Assembly: GCA_038128225.1 (NCBI GenBank)
Contig: JAYPJF010000001.1
Location: forward strand, 94,458-158,457
DNA: 64,000 nucleotides
DNA from: a bacterium
GTDB lineage: Bacteria; Patescibacteriota; Minisyncoccia; Phycocordibacterales; UBA2100
Direction: 5' to 3'
A program made the translations under genes and the position numbers. The notes under the pieces were generated by a model, which saw only the letters and a list, made by a program, of their open reading frames with translations, was not told the DNA's origin and searched no databases. Below are positions 28,799 through 37,351 of the stretch, piece after piece. Each line of letters opens with the position of its first letter. Positions within the stretch are counted from its first letter, which is position 1.

Positions 28799-29242
28799 TT
28801 ATGCAACACTGCCACCCACCTTCTCAATAGCGGTGCGCGCAGCATCTGATACAAGGCACTGTGCCACAGAGATTTTTTTGTCGATCTTTCCCGCAAGAAG
28901 CTTTACTTGTGGTATGCCTCCACCTTTTTGGCGTACAACACCTCGTTCGATTAGCGCACGAGGTGTCACCGTGTCGCCCGCCTCAAAAAGCGCTGCGATA
29001 GCAGTCAGAGACACTGTTTGTGGTCGTGGCCGCAATTCCCACACCGTACGTGCGCGATTTTTACCATGTCCCCGGCGTTTCGGAAGCTTTTTGATGTAAT
29101 CTCGCATTTCCGGACGAATTCGGTGTCCCGCGCGTGCTTTTTGTCCTTTAGTGCCGCGCCCCGAAGTCTTGCCGCGCTTTCCTCCACGTCCTACCCGTTG
29201 TGAGCGCCGTGTTGTTTTTAAAAGTGTATGAAGTCCTGTCAT
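28799..29242 (-). CDS. rplO: 50S ribosomal protein L15
   Basis: GRGGKRGKTSGRGTKGQKARAG motif. Confidence 0.9.
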   Translation of the reverse strand: MTGLHTLLKTTRRSQRVGRGGKRGKTSGRGTKGQKARAGHRIRPEMRDYIKKLPKRRGHGKNRARTVWELRPRPQTVSLTAIAALFEAGDTVTPRALIERGVVRQKGGGIPQVKLLAGKIDKKISVAQCLVSDAARTAIEKVGGSVA

Positions 29243-29820
29243 ATGCGTTTTTCTGAAACCACCTCGAGTGCCTTCATCGCCGCACGGGCATTATTGATTG
29301 GATTGCGGCTTCGAGAAAATAACTTCGCAGTGACATCAGTAACACCGGCAAGTTCGAGTACAGAACGCACCGCGCTTCCTGCCACCAACCCGCGTCCTGG
29401 CGAAGGGCGAATCGCCACCTCTGAAGCACAGTATTTTGCATGCACGTCATACGGCAAACTGCGTGACTTCGTGAGCCGAAGTGTATACATATTCTTCTTT
29501 GCCGCACGTACTGCTTTATCAATCGCCAACGCCGTATCTGCTCCCTTGCCCATTCCGACACCCACGCGCCCTTTCTTGTCACCAATAACTATAGCAACGC
29601 TAAAGTTGAAGCGACGACCGCCAGCCATAACACGCGCGACACGTCGCATACCAATAATTTTCTGAGCAAATTCAGGGCGGCGTTCCGCACGATCACCGCC
29701 TTGGCGGCGCCCACGCCCTCGAAAAGTTCGCTTCTCTGATCGTCCCCCTCGCTCAACAGAGTTTGCCCCTTCTGTTGGCTCAGGTTGTGTGCGTTGTTCT
29801 TGTTCGGTAGTCATGGTCAT
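29239..29820 (-). CDS. rpsE: 30S ribosomal protein S5 (N-terminal extension)
   Basis: RVGVGMGKGADTALAIDKAVRAAKKNM. Overlaps the L15 start directly, so there is no room for L30. Confidence 0.9.
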   Translation of the reverse strand: MTMTTEQEQRTQPEPTEGANSVERGGRSEKRTFRGRGRRQGGDRAERRPEFAQKIIGMRRVARVMAGGRRFNFSVAIVIGDKKGRVGVGMGKGADTALAIDKAVRAAKKNMYTLRLTKSRSLPYDVHAKYCASEVAIRPSPGRGLVAGSAVRSVLELAGVTDVTAKLFSRSRNPINNARAAMKALEVVSEKRI

Positions 29821-29823
29821 ATA

Positions 29824-30171
29824 TTAAAAATCCAAACCCGCTGCTCGCGCCGCATCCGCGAACACCTTCACGGAACCGGCGTATAGCGAGCCGCCGCGAT
29901 CGAACACTACTTTAGTAATACCCGCTTTTTTAGCAGCCTCAGCAAGCACGCGAGCAGCATCCTCCGCACGTGCCCGCGGGGTGTCGCCTTTTACTTTGTC
30001 AGAAGAAATCGACACGAGCGTCTTTGCACTACCATCGTCAATGATTTGCGCAATCAAACGGGTATTAGACTTATATACTGAAAGTCGTGGACGCTCTTGC
30101 GTGCCGACCACGCGAGAACGAACTCGACGGCGGCGTGCTTCTTTCTTCTGTTGTTTCGTTATGGTGCTCAT
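29824..30171 (-). CDS. rplR: 50S ribosomal protein L18
   Basis: RLSVYKSNTRLIAQIIDD. Confidence 0.9.
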   Translation of the reverse strand: MSTITKQQKKEARRRRVRSRVVGTQERPRLSVYKSNTRLIAQIIDDGSAKTLVSISSDKVKGDTPRARAEDAARVLAEAAKKAGITKVVFDRGGSLYAGSVKVFADAARAAGLDF

Positions 30172-30174
30172 AGT

Positions 30175-30720
30175 TTACCCGACAGCTTTTTTACCTTGCT
30201 TGCGGTGAATAACTTCTGTCTCATATCGAATACCCTTCCCTTTGTATGGTTCAGGTTTCTTGAGGGCGCGTACGTTCGCCGCAAACTGGCTCACTTGATC
30301 GCGATCAATTCCTGTAATTGTCATAACACCCTTATCGGTCGCTACGGTGACTCCTTTTGGAATCTCAACTTCAACAGGATGCGAAAAACCAAGCGCAAGC
30401 TGCAATTTTGCCCCTGTCACGTTTGCTTTATACCCAACACCTTCGATTAAGAGCTTCACAACAAAAGGCGTGTTGACACCTGCAATCATGTTTTTGATGT
30501 GCGCAGCGTACGTTCCCCACAACGAGCGCGCGAGCCGAGTCTCTCCTTTCGGCTCCAATCGCACCTCACTTCCCTCCACCGAGACGGCGACGTACGGCCG
30601 AAAATGACGTGTCACCTCTCCGCCTTTTCCTTTTACTGTGACCGAGGCACCCGAGACCGTAACACTCGTACCTGCGGGAATTGCAATATGTTGTTTACCA
30701 ATACGACTCATAGTTACCAA
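30175..30720 (-). CDS. rplF: 50S ribosomal protein L6
   Basis: MSRIGKQHIAIPAGTSVTV. Confidence 0.9.
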   Translation of the reverse strand: MVTMSRIGKQHIAIPAGTSVTVSGASVTVKGKGGEVTRHFRPYVAVSVEGSEVRLEPKGETRLARSLWGTYAAHIKNMIAGVNTPFVVKLLIEGVGYKANVTGAKLQLALGFSHPVEVEIPKGVTVATDKGVMTITGIDRDQVSQFAANVRALKKPEPYKGKGIRYETEVIHRKQGKKAVG

Positions 30721-31106
30721 ATTTCAAACATTGCCTCGCCGCCTACGCGTTCCTTCCGTGCCTCATTGTCAGTTTTGATCCCGCGAGGAGTCGAGAGAAA
30801 TAACATGCCATGACCGTAGTGAACCGGTACAATTTCTCGCACCGTGCGATACAAACGACGGCCTGGTTTTGAGATTCGGCGCACGCCTTTAATTTTGTGC
30901 ACTCCGTTTTCATACGCGAGCGTAACGTCAATGAATTTATGGGTCTTCTTGCCTCGCTTTTCTACGCTTTGAATATACCCCACATCTTTAAGTTTTGAAG
31001 CGATCGCGTGCTTAAGATTTGAAAACGGTATCGAAATCACGGTTTTACCAACCGCGCCGGCGTTTTTCATCTGTATGAGAAAGTCTGCAATAGGATCAGT
31101 TACCAT
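30714..31106 (-). CDS. rpsH: 30S ribosomal protein S8
   Basis: MVTDPIADFLIQMKNA. Confidence 0.9.
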   Translation of the reverse strand: MVTDPIADFLIQMKNAGAVGKTVISIPFSNLKHAIASKLKDVGYIQSVEKRGKKTHKFIDVTLAYENGVHKIKGVRRISKPGRRLYRTVREIVPVHYGHGMLFLSTPRGIKTDNEARKERVGGEAMFEIW

Positions 31107-31110
31107 AGTA

Positions 31111-31296
31111 TTACCAAGAGCTTTTCTTTACACCAGGGATGTTACCTTCAAGCGCCTGTTCACGAAAACAAATGCGGCATAGGTCAAAATCGCGCATATA
31201 CCCACGTGGCCGACCACATTTAAAACAGCGACGAACTACCCGACTTTTAAATTTCGGTGTCCGCTTTGCTTTCGCGATCATTGATTTTTTAGCCAT
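31111..31296 (-). CDS. rpsZ: 30S ribosomal protein S14 (Zn-ribbon type Z)
   Basis: 61 aa, [20 protein letters not shown]. Confidence 0.9.
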   Translation of the reverse strand: MAKKSMIAKAKRTPKFKSRVVRRCFKCGRPRGYMRDFDLCRICFREQALEGNIPGVKKSSW

Positions 31297-31537
31297 GTGA
31301 TACGCACGCAGGAGTGGTCTGAAGATGTCTGCATCCCGCCTCTCGGCAATAAGATTACGACAACCTCACCGTGACCCTATTCTCACAGTTTGCCGAGGCA
31401 CTTATGAGATACGGATCCCCTTACGAGCTCGAGCACTATACGCGAAGCGCAAAGCAAAGTCAATTACGCTGTTCTTTGGCTTGAATAATCTATCAACGAT
31501 TGTATAGTGCACGCGGATCAAACTAAAGGAGCGCACT

Positions 31538-32299
31538 GTGGCACTTCTCATACGCATAGGTCTTGGGATACTTATTTTTGCCTTCGCGGGAGTTGTGGTT
31601 GACCAGCTGGCAAATGATGGGAGTATCGCCGCTGCAATCCGTCAATGGCTTCTGTGGATAGGACGAGTGATTTGGCAGTGGATTTTGAGCATTATTGGCT
31701 CAATCTACCGTCCTCTTGCCGTATGGCTCCAAGGCGCAATGAAACGATTCGCCCTGAGACGGCTCTTACAGCCGTTTTGGCGAGCGCTTTGGTATGTGGC
31801 AGCCTACGTTCTCGTACGTCATTGGGGCCAACTAAAGTATGCTGAACGACGAGAGAAAGTGGAAGAGCTCAAACGACGCTTTCTTGGAAAACTCTTTGCG
31901 CTTTGGAGCTACAGGCCGGGATTACCGCGATGGACACGTGCACTCATTGCCATTGGGGCAATTGGCGCGTGCGTATGGTTATTCATCATAATCAATGAAC
32001 GCCTGGGATGGTGGGAGGGGCTTCTGTTCTCTTTCGTTGCCGCATTCGTGGTCGAGAAACTGCCCCTCATCGGCTTCGACCAATTCAGTGCAATCATCAT
32101 GGAGCGGTGGCGCCCGATACGCGCGTGGGCGGATTGGTTTGCAGGAAAATACCCGCGCACCGCATGGTGGATCAGCTGGCTCTGGGCGCGCCCATTCTTC
32201 ATCTGGTTAGGGCGCAAACTTGGCCTCAATGAGAAGTTTGAAGTGGACACCGATGGAGACGGAGTGCGTGACGCGCCCGTTAAGAATAAAGCGGCGTGA
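31538..32299 (+). CDS. Hypothetical Trp-rich membrane protein, encoded on the opposite strand inside the ribosomal protein cluster
   Basis: 253 aa with several transmembrane helices and many Trp/Arg residues. It is followed by a strong bidirectional terminator. Confidence 0.5.
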   Translation: MALLIRIGLGILIFAFAGVVVDQLANDGSIAAAIRQWLLWIGRVIWQWILSIIGSIYRPLAVWLQGAMKRFALRRLLQPFWRALWYVAAYVLVRHWGQLKYAERREKVEELKRRFLGKLFALWSYRPGLPRWTRALIAIGAIGACVWLFIIINERLGWWEGLLFSFVAAFVVEKLPLIGFDQFSAIIMERWRPIRAWADWFAGKYPRTAWWISWLWARPFFIWLGRKLGLNEKFEVDTDGDGVRDAPVKNKAA

Positions 32300-32310
32300 C
32301 GTATCTGAAA

Positions 32311-32346
32311 GCCGCCCCTCACCTCTGAGGGGCGGCGGTTTTTTAG
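32311..32346. terminator. Bidirectional intrinsic terminator between the Trp-rich gene (+) and rplE (-)
   Basis: GCCGCCCCTCA-cctc-TGAGGGGCGGC followed by GGTTTTTT. Confidence 0.7.
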
Positions 32347-32353
32347 GTAAAAA

Positions 32354-32902
32354 TTATTCGGCTTTTTGGAGAGGAAACCCGAGATGCCGAACAAGTGCTT
32401 CTGCCTCTTCTTTTGTTTTCGCAGTCGTCACTACCGTAATTGCAAACCCAAAAACATCACGAAGGTCTTCGTCAGCGGTCTCAGGAAAAATCGTATGCTC
32501 CTTAATACCAACCGAATAATTTCCCATATCATCAAAGGCGGTCGCCTTGAGGCCGCGGAAGTCACGCGTGCGAGGGAGCGCGATATGAATCAGCTTGTCT
32601 ATGAATGCCCACATCCGAGCGCCACGAAGGGTGATTTGATATCCGATAACATCCCCCTCCCGAGTCTTGAACGTAGCAATAGCTTTTTTTGCCGCGCGCT
32701 CTGCGGGTTTTTGCCCTGTAATCAACGCGAGACGGTCCGCGATGAGTGCACGCTTTTTTTGATCGGTAATCTTTCCAATACCGCTCGAAATGACCACTTT
32801 TACCACCTTTGGTGATTGCATCACGTTTTTATATCCAAACTGAGTTTTCAGTGTCTGGTACACGTTTTTTTGCTTTTCTACTGTGATGTTTTGATGATCC
32901 AT
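32354..32902 (-). CDS. rplE: 50S ribosomal protein L5
   Basis: Clear L5 match. Confidence 0.9.
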   Translation of the reverse strand: MDHQNITVEKQKNVYQTLKTQFGYKNVMQSPKVVKVVISSGIGKITDQKKRALIADRLALITGQKPAERAAKKAIATFKTREGDVIGYQITLRGARMWAFIDKLIHIALPRTRDFRGLKATAFDDMGNYSVGIKEHTIFPETADEDLRDVFGFAITVVTTAKTKEEAEALVRHLGFPLQKAE

Positions 32903-32905
32903 ACT

Positions 32906-33211
32906 TTACATTTTTGAACCGCTTTTTTGTGCAACTCGCTCGCGCCCATCTTTTGAAACACGGTACGCGATACGACTTGGCTTACTGGTTTTTGGGTCAA
33001 CTACCATAACATTCGATACATGGAGAGGCATTGCCCGTTCCACAATCTGCCCTTTGCTTCGTGCTCGACTCGCTCGTTGATGGCGCTTAGCAATATTTAC
33101 CCCCTCGATAACGAGCCGATCTTTTTTTGGAAGTGCGCGCACGACAACACCCGTTTTCCCACGATCTTTTCCTGCGATCACTATCACCTTGTCTCCTTTG
33201 CGAATTTTCAT
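32906..33211 (-). CDS. rplX: 50S ribosomal protein L24
   Basis: MKIRKGDKVIVIAGKDRGKTG. Confidence 0.9.
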   Translation of the reverse strand: MKIRKGDKVIVIAGKDRGKTGVVVRALPKKDRLVIEGVNIAKRHQRASRARSKGQIVERAMPLHVSNVMVVDPKTSKPSRIAYRVSKDGRERVAQKSGSKM

Positions 33212-33213
33212 AT

Positions 33214-33594
33214 TTATACAATCTCAGGTGCAAGGGAGCCGATGCGCTGATACCCGCGGTCAACCACTTCACGCGGCACCGGGCCAAAAACACGGTTTGC
33301 GCGCGGCTCTTTTGCGTTCTTTCCCTTCCCTTCGATGACCACTACCGCATTTTCATCAAATGAAATGTACGAGCCGTCTTTGCGACGAAAAGGCTTGCGC
33401 TGACGCACAACAACCGCACGAAGAACGTCTTTCTTCTTAATCGGCTTGCGTGGCTCAGCAACACGTACTGAAATAACTATTTCATCCCCCAAGCGCGCAT
33501 ACCGCCGCTTACTCCCACCAAGAATTTTGAAGACATATCCGATCTTACCACCGGAGTTATCTGCAATTTTTACCATTGTTGTTGGTTGGATCAT
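33214..33594 (-). CDS. rplN: 50S ribosomal protein L14
   Basis: MIQPTTMVKIADNSGGK. Confidence 0.9.
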   Translation of the reverse strand: MIQPTTMVKIADNSGGKIGYVFKILGGSKRRYARLGDEIVISVRVAEPRKPIKKKDVLRAVVVRQRKPFRRKDGSYISFDENAVVVIEGKGKNAKEPRANRVFGPVPREVVDRGYQRIGSLAPEIV

Positions 33595-33597
33595 ACA

Positions 33598-33882
33598 TTA
33601 CTCTTCGGTCTCTGCGGCTGCCCCAGAAAGACGCTCTGCAATCTCGAAATACTTGCGCTTTGATTGTGGGCGCGTGGCGCGAATCAAAACCTGATCACCT
33701 ACTGCCACAGTGTTCCCTGGATTGTGGACCAAGTACTTCTTCTGGGTGCGCATGAACTTTTTGTACTTGGGGTGTTTTACATAGCGCGGCACAGCCACGG
33801 TAACCGTATCTTTCATTGCTGATTTAACAACGACGCCACGAAACTGGGTTCCTTGCTTTACTGTATGTTGCTGGTCTTTCAT
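33598..33882 (-). CDS. rpsQ: 30S ribosomal protein S17
   Basis: S17 family match; operon position. Confidence 0.85.
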   Translation of the reverse strand: MKDQQHTVKQGTQFRGVVVKSAMKDTVTVAVPRYVKHPKYKKFMRTQKKYLVHNPGNTVAVGDQVLIRATRPQSKRKYFEIAERLSGAAAETEE

Positions 33883-33897
33883 AAAACGTGATGCATG

Positions 33898-34101
33898 CTA
33901 CGCGGTTTTTTCCTCTCCTGCAAGCGTGCGGAGTTTCAGCTCAGTAAGCGCCTGGGCAATAACACGACGTGCATTGCGGCCTGCGCGTACGTTCCGTGAA
34001 CGGCTCCCCGCTTCGCCAAATCGAAATACACGCAACTCTTCTCGCTTTTCTTGGATCAGTTTTGCAAGATCGGCGTCCGTTTTTTTCTTAAGATCTTTCA
34101 T
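33898..34101 (-). CDS. rpmC: 50S ribosomal protein L29
   Basis: 67 aa; operon position. Confidence 0.85.
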   Translation of the reverse strand: MKDLKKKTDADLAKLIQEKREELRVFRFGEAGSRSRNVRAGRNARRVIAQALTELKLRTLAGEEKTA

Positions 34102-34105
34102 AGAT

Positions 34106-34525
34106 TTAACGGCTTGTGACTTTCACCTTGATTGGGAGTTTTGCCCCAGCCTTTTTCAAAGCATCCTGTGCAGTTTGCTCCTGAACGCCGTCGACTTCAA
34201 AAAGTATGCGGCCCGGACGCACTTCGAATACATAATCCTTAAGATCACCTTTCCCGCTTCCCATTCCCACCTCAGCAGCTTTTGCCGTGCGTGGGCGATC
34301 CGGAAAAATGCGGATCCACATTTTTCCCGTCTTCCCGAGCGAGCGCGCGATCACCTTACGCGCCGCCTCAATTTGGTTTGAGGTGATGCGAGACGCGGTG
34401 ATCGCACGCATCGCATGAGAACCAAAAGCGACGGTCACGCCGCGTGTCTCTGGATGAGATCGTTTTGCGGGGTGACTCCGGCCTGTCTGCCATTTTCGAT
34501 GTTTAGGACGTTTGGGGAATAACAT
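34106..34525 (-). CDS. rplP: 50S ribosomal protein L16
   Basis: L16 family match. Confidence 0.9.
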   Translation of the reverse strand: MLFPKRPKHRKWQTGRSHPAKRSHPETRGVTVAFGSHAMRAITASRITSNQIEAARKVIARSLGKTGKMWIRIFPDRPRTAKAAEVGMGSGKGDLKDYVFEVRPGRILFEVDGVQEQTAQDALKKAGAKLPIKVKVTSR

Positions 34526-34528
34526 ATG

Positions 34529-35215
34529 CTATTTTGTTGCGGTTGCTTCCGCGCGTTTCTCTTTGAAAATGTCGCCACGATAAATCCACACTTTGATACC
34601 GATGACACCATACGGAAGGTATGCTTCTTCGCGTGCAAAATCGATATCCGCGCGCAATGTCTGCAAAGGCACTCGTCCACGCTTCAGTTCTTCTTGGCGT
34701 GACATTTCTGCGCCACCAAGGCGCCCGGAAATGGCGATACGCACTCCCGAGACGTCTCTGTTTGCCATCACTTTTTCTGCAGTCTGTTTCATAACCCGAC
34801 GAAACGCCATACGTTTTTCAAGACCCTCGGCAATCATATACGCAACAATTGCGGCTTGTGATTCAGGAGAACGAACCTCCTCGATATCAAGCTTAATCGT
34901 CGGGGTGTCCTTGCGGGCGATCTTTTTTACCACATCAAAAATCTCTTGGGTGAGCTGCACACTCCCCTCACCTCCTCGTCCAATCAAAAGACCCGGGCGC
35001 GACGTCTTAACAAGAACACGAATGCTTTTTTCCCGACGTTCAAGTTCAATACTCGTTACATACATGCCCCGCAGCCGTTTCTTAAGGAAATTACGGATCG
35101 TCGTATCGATGCGAACATTATGCCGATACAATGCCGGGGTCGCCGCAAACCAGCGCGATTTCCAGTCACGAATAATTCCTAAACGATGTGCAAATGGGTG
35201 TACGGTGTGTGTCAT
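34529..35215 (-). CDS. rpsC: 30S ribosomal protein S3
   Basis: KH and S3-C domains. Confidence 0.9.
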   Translation of the reverse strand: MTHTVHPFAHRLGIIRDWKSRWFAATPALYRHNVRIDTTIRNFLKKRLRGMYVTSIELERREKSIRVLVKTSRPGLLIGRGGEGSVQLTQEIFDVVKKIARKDTPTIKLDIEEVRSPESQAAIVAYMIAEGLEKRMAFRRVMKQTAEKVMANRDVSGVRIAISGRLGGAEMSRQEELKRGRVPLQTLRADIDFAREEAYLPYGVIGIKVWIYRGDIFKEKRAEATATK

Positions 35216-35216
35216 A

Positions 35217-35636
35217 TTATTTCTTTGCTACCTTCTTTGCCGCGCGCGGTTTTGGTGTTGCTTTTGTTTTCTGTTCTGCGGCAGATTTCTTTGTTTTTTC
35301 TGTTTTCGCTCCCGAATGAGATCCAAGTTCGATACTAATGCAACTTGTTTTCTTCTGATACGGATGTGCGCTTCCGCGTGCGCCTGGCATATAGCGCCGC
35401 ATAACCACACCTTGATCGACAAGGATTTTTTGTACAAAAAGCGAGTCGCGTGCCGCACCTCGCGCTTCTGCGTTATGTACTGCAGAGTTGAGCAACTTCG
35501 CAAGCGCAGGTGCCGACTTTTTGTCCGCGAAGCGCAGAAGCGATAGTGCGCGAGATACTTCTTTGCCGCGAATCATATCCGCAACAAGGCGCACCTTACG
35601 TGGTGATTGACGATAGTTTTTCAAATACGCTTTCAT
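35217..35636 (-). CDS. rplV: 50S ribosomal protein L22 (Lys-rich C-terminal extension)
   Basis: L22 core plus a KKSAAEQKTKATPKPRAAKKVAKK tail. Confidence 0.9.
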   Translation of the reverse strand: MKAYLKNYRQSPRKVRLVADMIRGKEVSRALSLLRFADKKSAPALAKLLNSAVHNAEARGAARDSLFVQKILVDQGVVMRRYMPGARGSAHPYQKKTSCISIELGSHSGAKTEKTKKSAAEQKTKATPKPRAAKKVAKK

Positions 35637-35638
35637 GG

Positions 35639-35986
35639 TTATTTCTTAGCTGCAGCGGTATCGGCAGTCGTCTTTGCTGCTTTTGCTGCGGCAATTTCTG
35701 CCTCTTTTGCCTTAGTCTCAAGTTCTTTCTGCATCTTACCTCCATGGCGCCCGAAACGGGTAGTCGGAGAGAATTCACCTAAACGATGCCCCACCATTTC
35801 TTCGGTCACAAAAACGTCAACAAAATTCTTACCGTTGTGGACACCAAAGGTGTAGCCAACAAACTCCGGTGGAATTTGGCTTCTTCGTGCCCAGGTTTTG
35901 ATAGTGCCCTTACCTGCTTTTGCAGCCAAAACCTTCTTGAGAAGTTTCTCGTCGACGTACGGGCCTTTTTTAAGTGAGCGTGTCAT
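35639..35986 (-). CDS. rpsS: 30S ribosomal protein S19 (Ala/Lys-rich C-terminal extension)
   Basis: The start is refined to [11 protein letters not shown]19 core. Confidence 0.9.
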   Translation of the reverse strand: MTRSLKKGPYVDEKLLKKVLAAKAGKGTIKTWARRSQIPPEFVGYTFGVHNGKNFVDVFVTEEMVGHRLGEFSPTTRFGRHGGKMQKELETKAKEAEIAAAKAAKTTADTAAAKK

Positions 35987-36043
35987 AGCAAAAATGCGCC
36001 AAAGCGCGTGCCGCATAGTATATGAATTTTAAATCGTTGTCAA
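35987..36043 (-). promoter_or_regulatory. Promoter (TTGACA, 17 nt, TACTAT) and a conserved Shine-Dalgarno-less leader abutting the rpsS ATG
   Basis: Minus strand: TTGACA-acgatttaaaattcata-TACTAT-gcggcaCGCGCTTTGGCGCATTTTTGCT-ATG. The 25-nt leader is identical at rpsL. Confidence 0.55.
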
Positions 36044-36111
36044 AGAGTTCCTTAAAATGTCTGTACGGGTGAAAATTGCGAACTAAACTAAACGGTACAT
36101 ACGAAGACCTC

Positions 36112-36147
36112 AGAAATTCAAAACCCCGCTTTCGCGGGGTTTTGATC
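36112..36147 (-). terminator. Intra-operon terminator or attenuator between rplB and rpsS
   Basis: AAACCCCGC-tttc-GCGGGGTTT hairpin followed by TTTTGAATTTCT on the minus strand. Confidence 0.5.
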
Positions 36148-36996
36148 TTACTGTTTTTTTCGTTTGCCTACTTTACGACGTGACACAATAAACACGTTGG
36201 AATATTTCTTAGGAGTCCGGGTCTTTTGTCCTTTGCCCGTTGGCTTGCCCCACATTGATTTTGCACGGCGCAACCCACGTCCTTGACGCCCTTCACCACC
36301 ACCATGAGGGTGATCAACCGGGTTCATTACTGAACCACGTACCGTCGGACGAATACCCATCTTCCGTGAACGACCTGCCTTACCAATATTGACCAATCGA
36401 TGTTCCGGATTTGAAACTTCACCAATCGATGCCCAACACGTATCGAGTACTCTGCGCACTTCGCTTGAAGGCATTTTAAGATGCGTGTACCCGTCGTCTT
36501 GCGCAATCACTTCGGCGAAGACTCCAGCTGAGCGTGCTACCTTCGCACCTCCGCGCGGCTTAATTTCAATATTGTACACAAAGGTACCAATCGGAATATT
36601 TTTAAGAAGCGCTCGATTACCAACCACGACAGGTGCGCTTTCGTGCGTCAAAATTTCCGTACCCACAACAACCGATCGCGGAAGCAGCACGTAGCGGCGC
36701 TCGCCATCGCGATAGGCAACAAGTCCAATATATCCTGAACGATTCGGGTCGTATTCGACTGTTTTCACAATTGCAGGCACTCCTGTTTTACCGTAGACGA
36801 AATCAATAGTGCGATACAAACGCTTGACCCCACCCCCTTTGTGTCGCGTTGTAATACGCCCTGCGCTATTGCGCCCAACTGCGCGTTTAAACCCACCTGT
36901 AAGCGCCTTTACCGGGCGCTCGGCTGTCACTACGTGTTCGTATGAAATACGAGACATCTGGCGGCGGCTTTTGGTATATGGACGAAATGTTTTCAT
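36148..36996 (-). CDS. rplB: 50S ribosomal protein L2
   Basis: HPHGGGEGR motif. Confidence 0.92.
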   Translation of the reverse strand: MKTFRPYTKSRRQMSRISYEHVVTAERPVKALTGGFKRAVGRNSAGRITTRHKGGGVKRLYRTIDFVYGKTGVPAIVKTVEYDPNRSGYIGLVAYRDGERRYVLLPRSVVVGTEILTHESAPVVVGNRALLKNIPIGTFVYNIEIKPRGGAKVARSAGVFAEVIAQDDGYTHLKMPSSEVRRVLDTCWASIGEVSNPEHRLVNIGKAGRSRKMGIRPTVRGSVMNPVDHPHGGGEGRQGRGLRRAKSMWGKPTGKGQKTRTPKKYSNVFIVSRRKVGKRKKQ

Positions 36997-36998
36997 AA

Positions 36999-37349
36999 TT
37001 ATGTGAGCGTAATAGTTTCACCCTCTTTAAGATACACGTACGCTTTTTTCGCTCGTGCAGTCGTGCCGCGCACTCCCGTGCGCGCGTTACGGACATCTTT
37101 GGTCGGAACAGGTGTGGTGCGCACTTTAGCAGGTACGACTTTGTAGACTGCCCGTATCGCAGCAACTATTTCAGTTTTTGAAGCGCCACGAGCAACATCG
37201 AAAACATACACGCGTCGCGCCGTTGCATCTGCCGCTTTTTCAGTGATGCGCGGGTTGCGCAAAACCTGGGCAAGATCACGTACCACCGGTTTTGAAACAC
37301 TCGTTGATGCGGTCGTTTTTGCTTTTTTATTACGTGAGAAAAGAGCCAT
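36999..37349 (-). CDS. rplW: 50S ribosomal protein L23
   Basis: L23 family match; operon position. Confidence 0.85.
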   Translation of the reverse strand: MALFSRNKKAKTTASTSVSKPVVRDLAQVLRNPRITEKAADATARRVYVFDVARGASKTEIVAAIRAVYKVVPAKVRTTPVPTKDVRNARTGVRGTTARAKKAYVYLKEGETITLT

Positions 37350-37351
37350 AG

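Noticed and set aside
34593-35546. 317-aa plus-strand ORF, and several others (34946..35182, 35510..35782), overlapping rpsC/rplV
   Set aside because: Antisense to well-supported ribosomal protein genes. The ORFs are Arg/Ser/Cys-rich, as mirror-strand ORFs of GC-balanced coding sequence typically are. No Shine-Dalgarno sequence and no homology.
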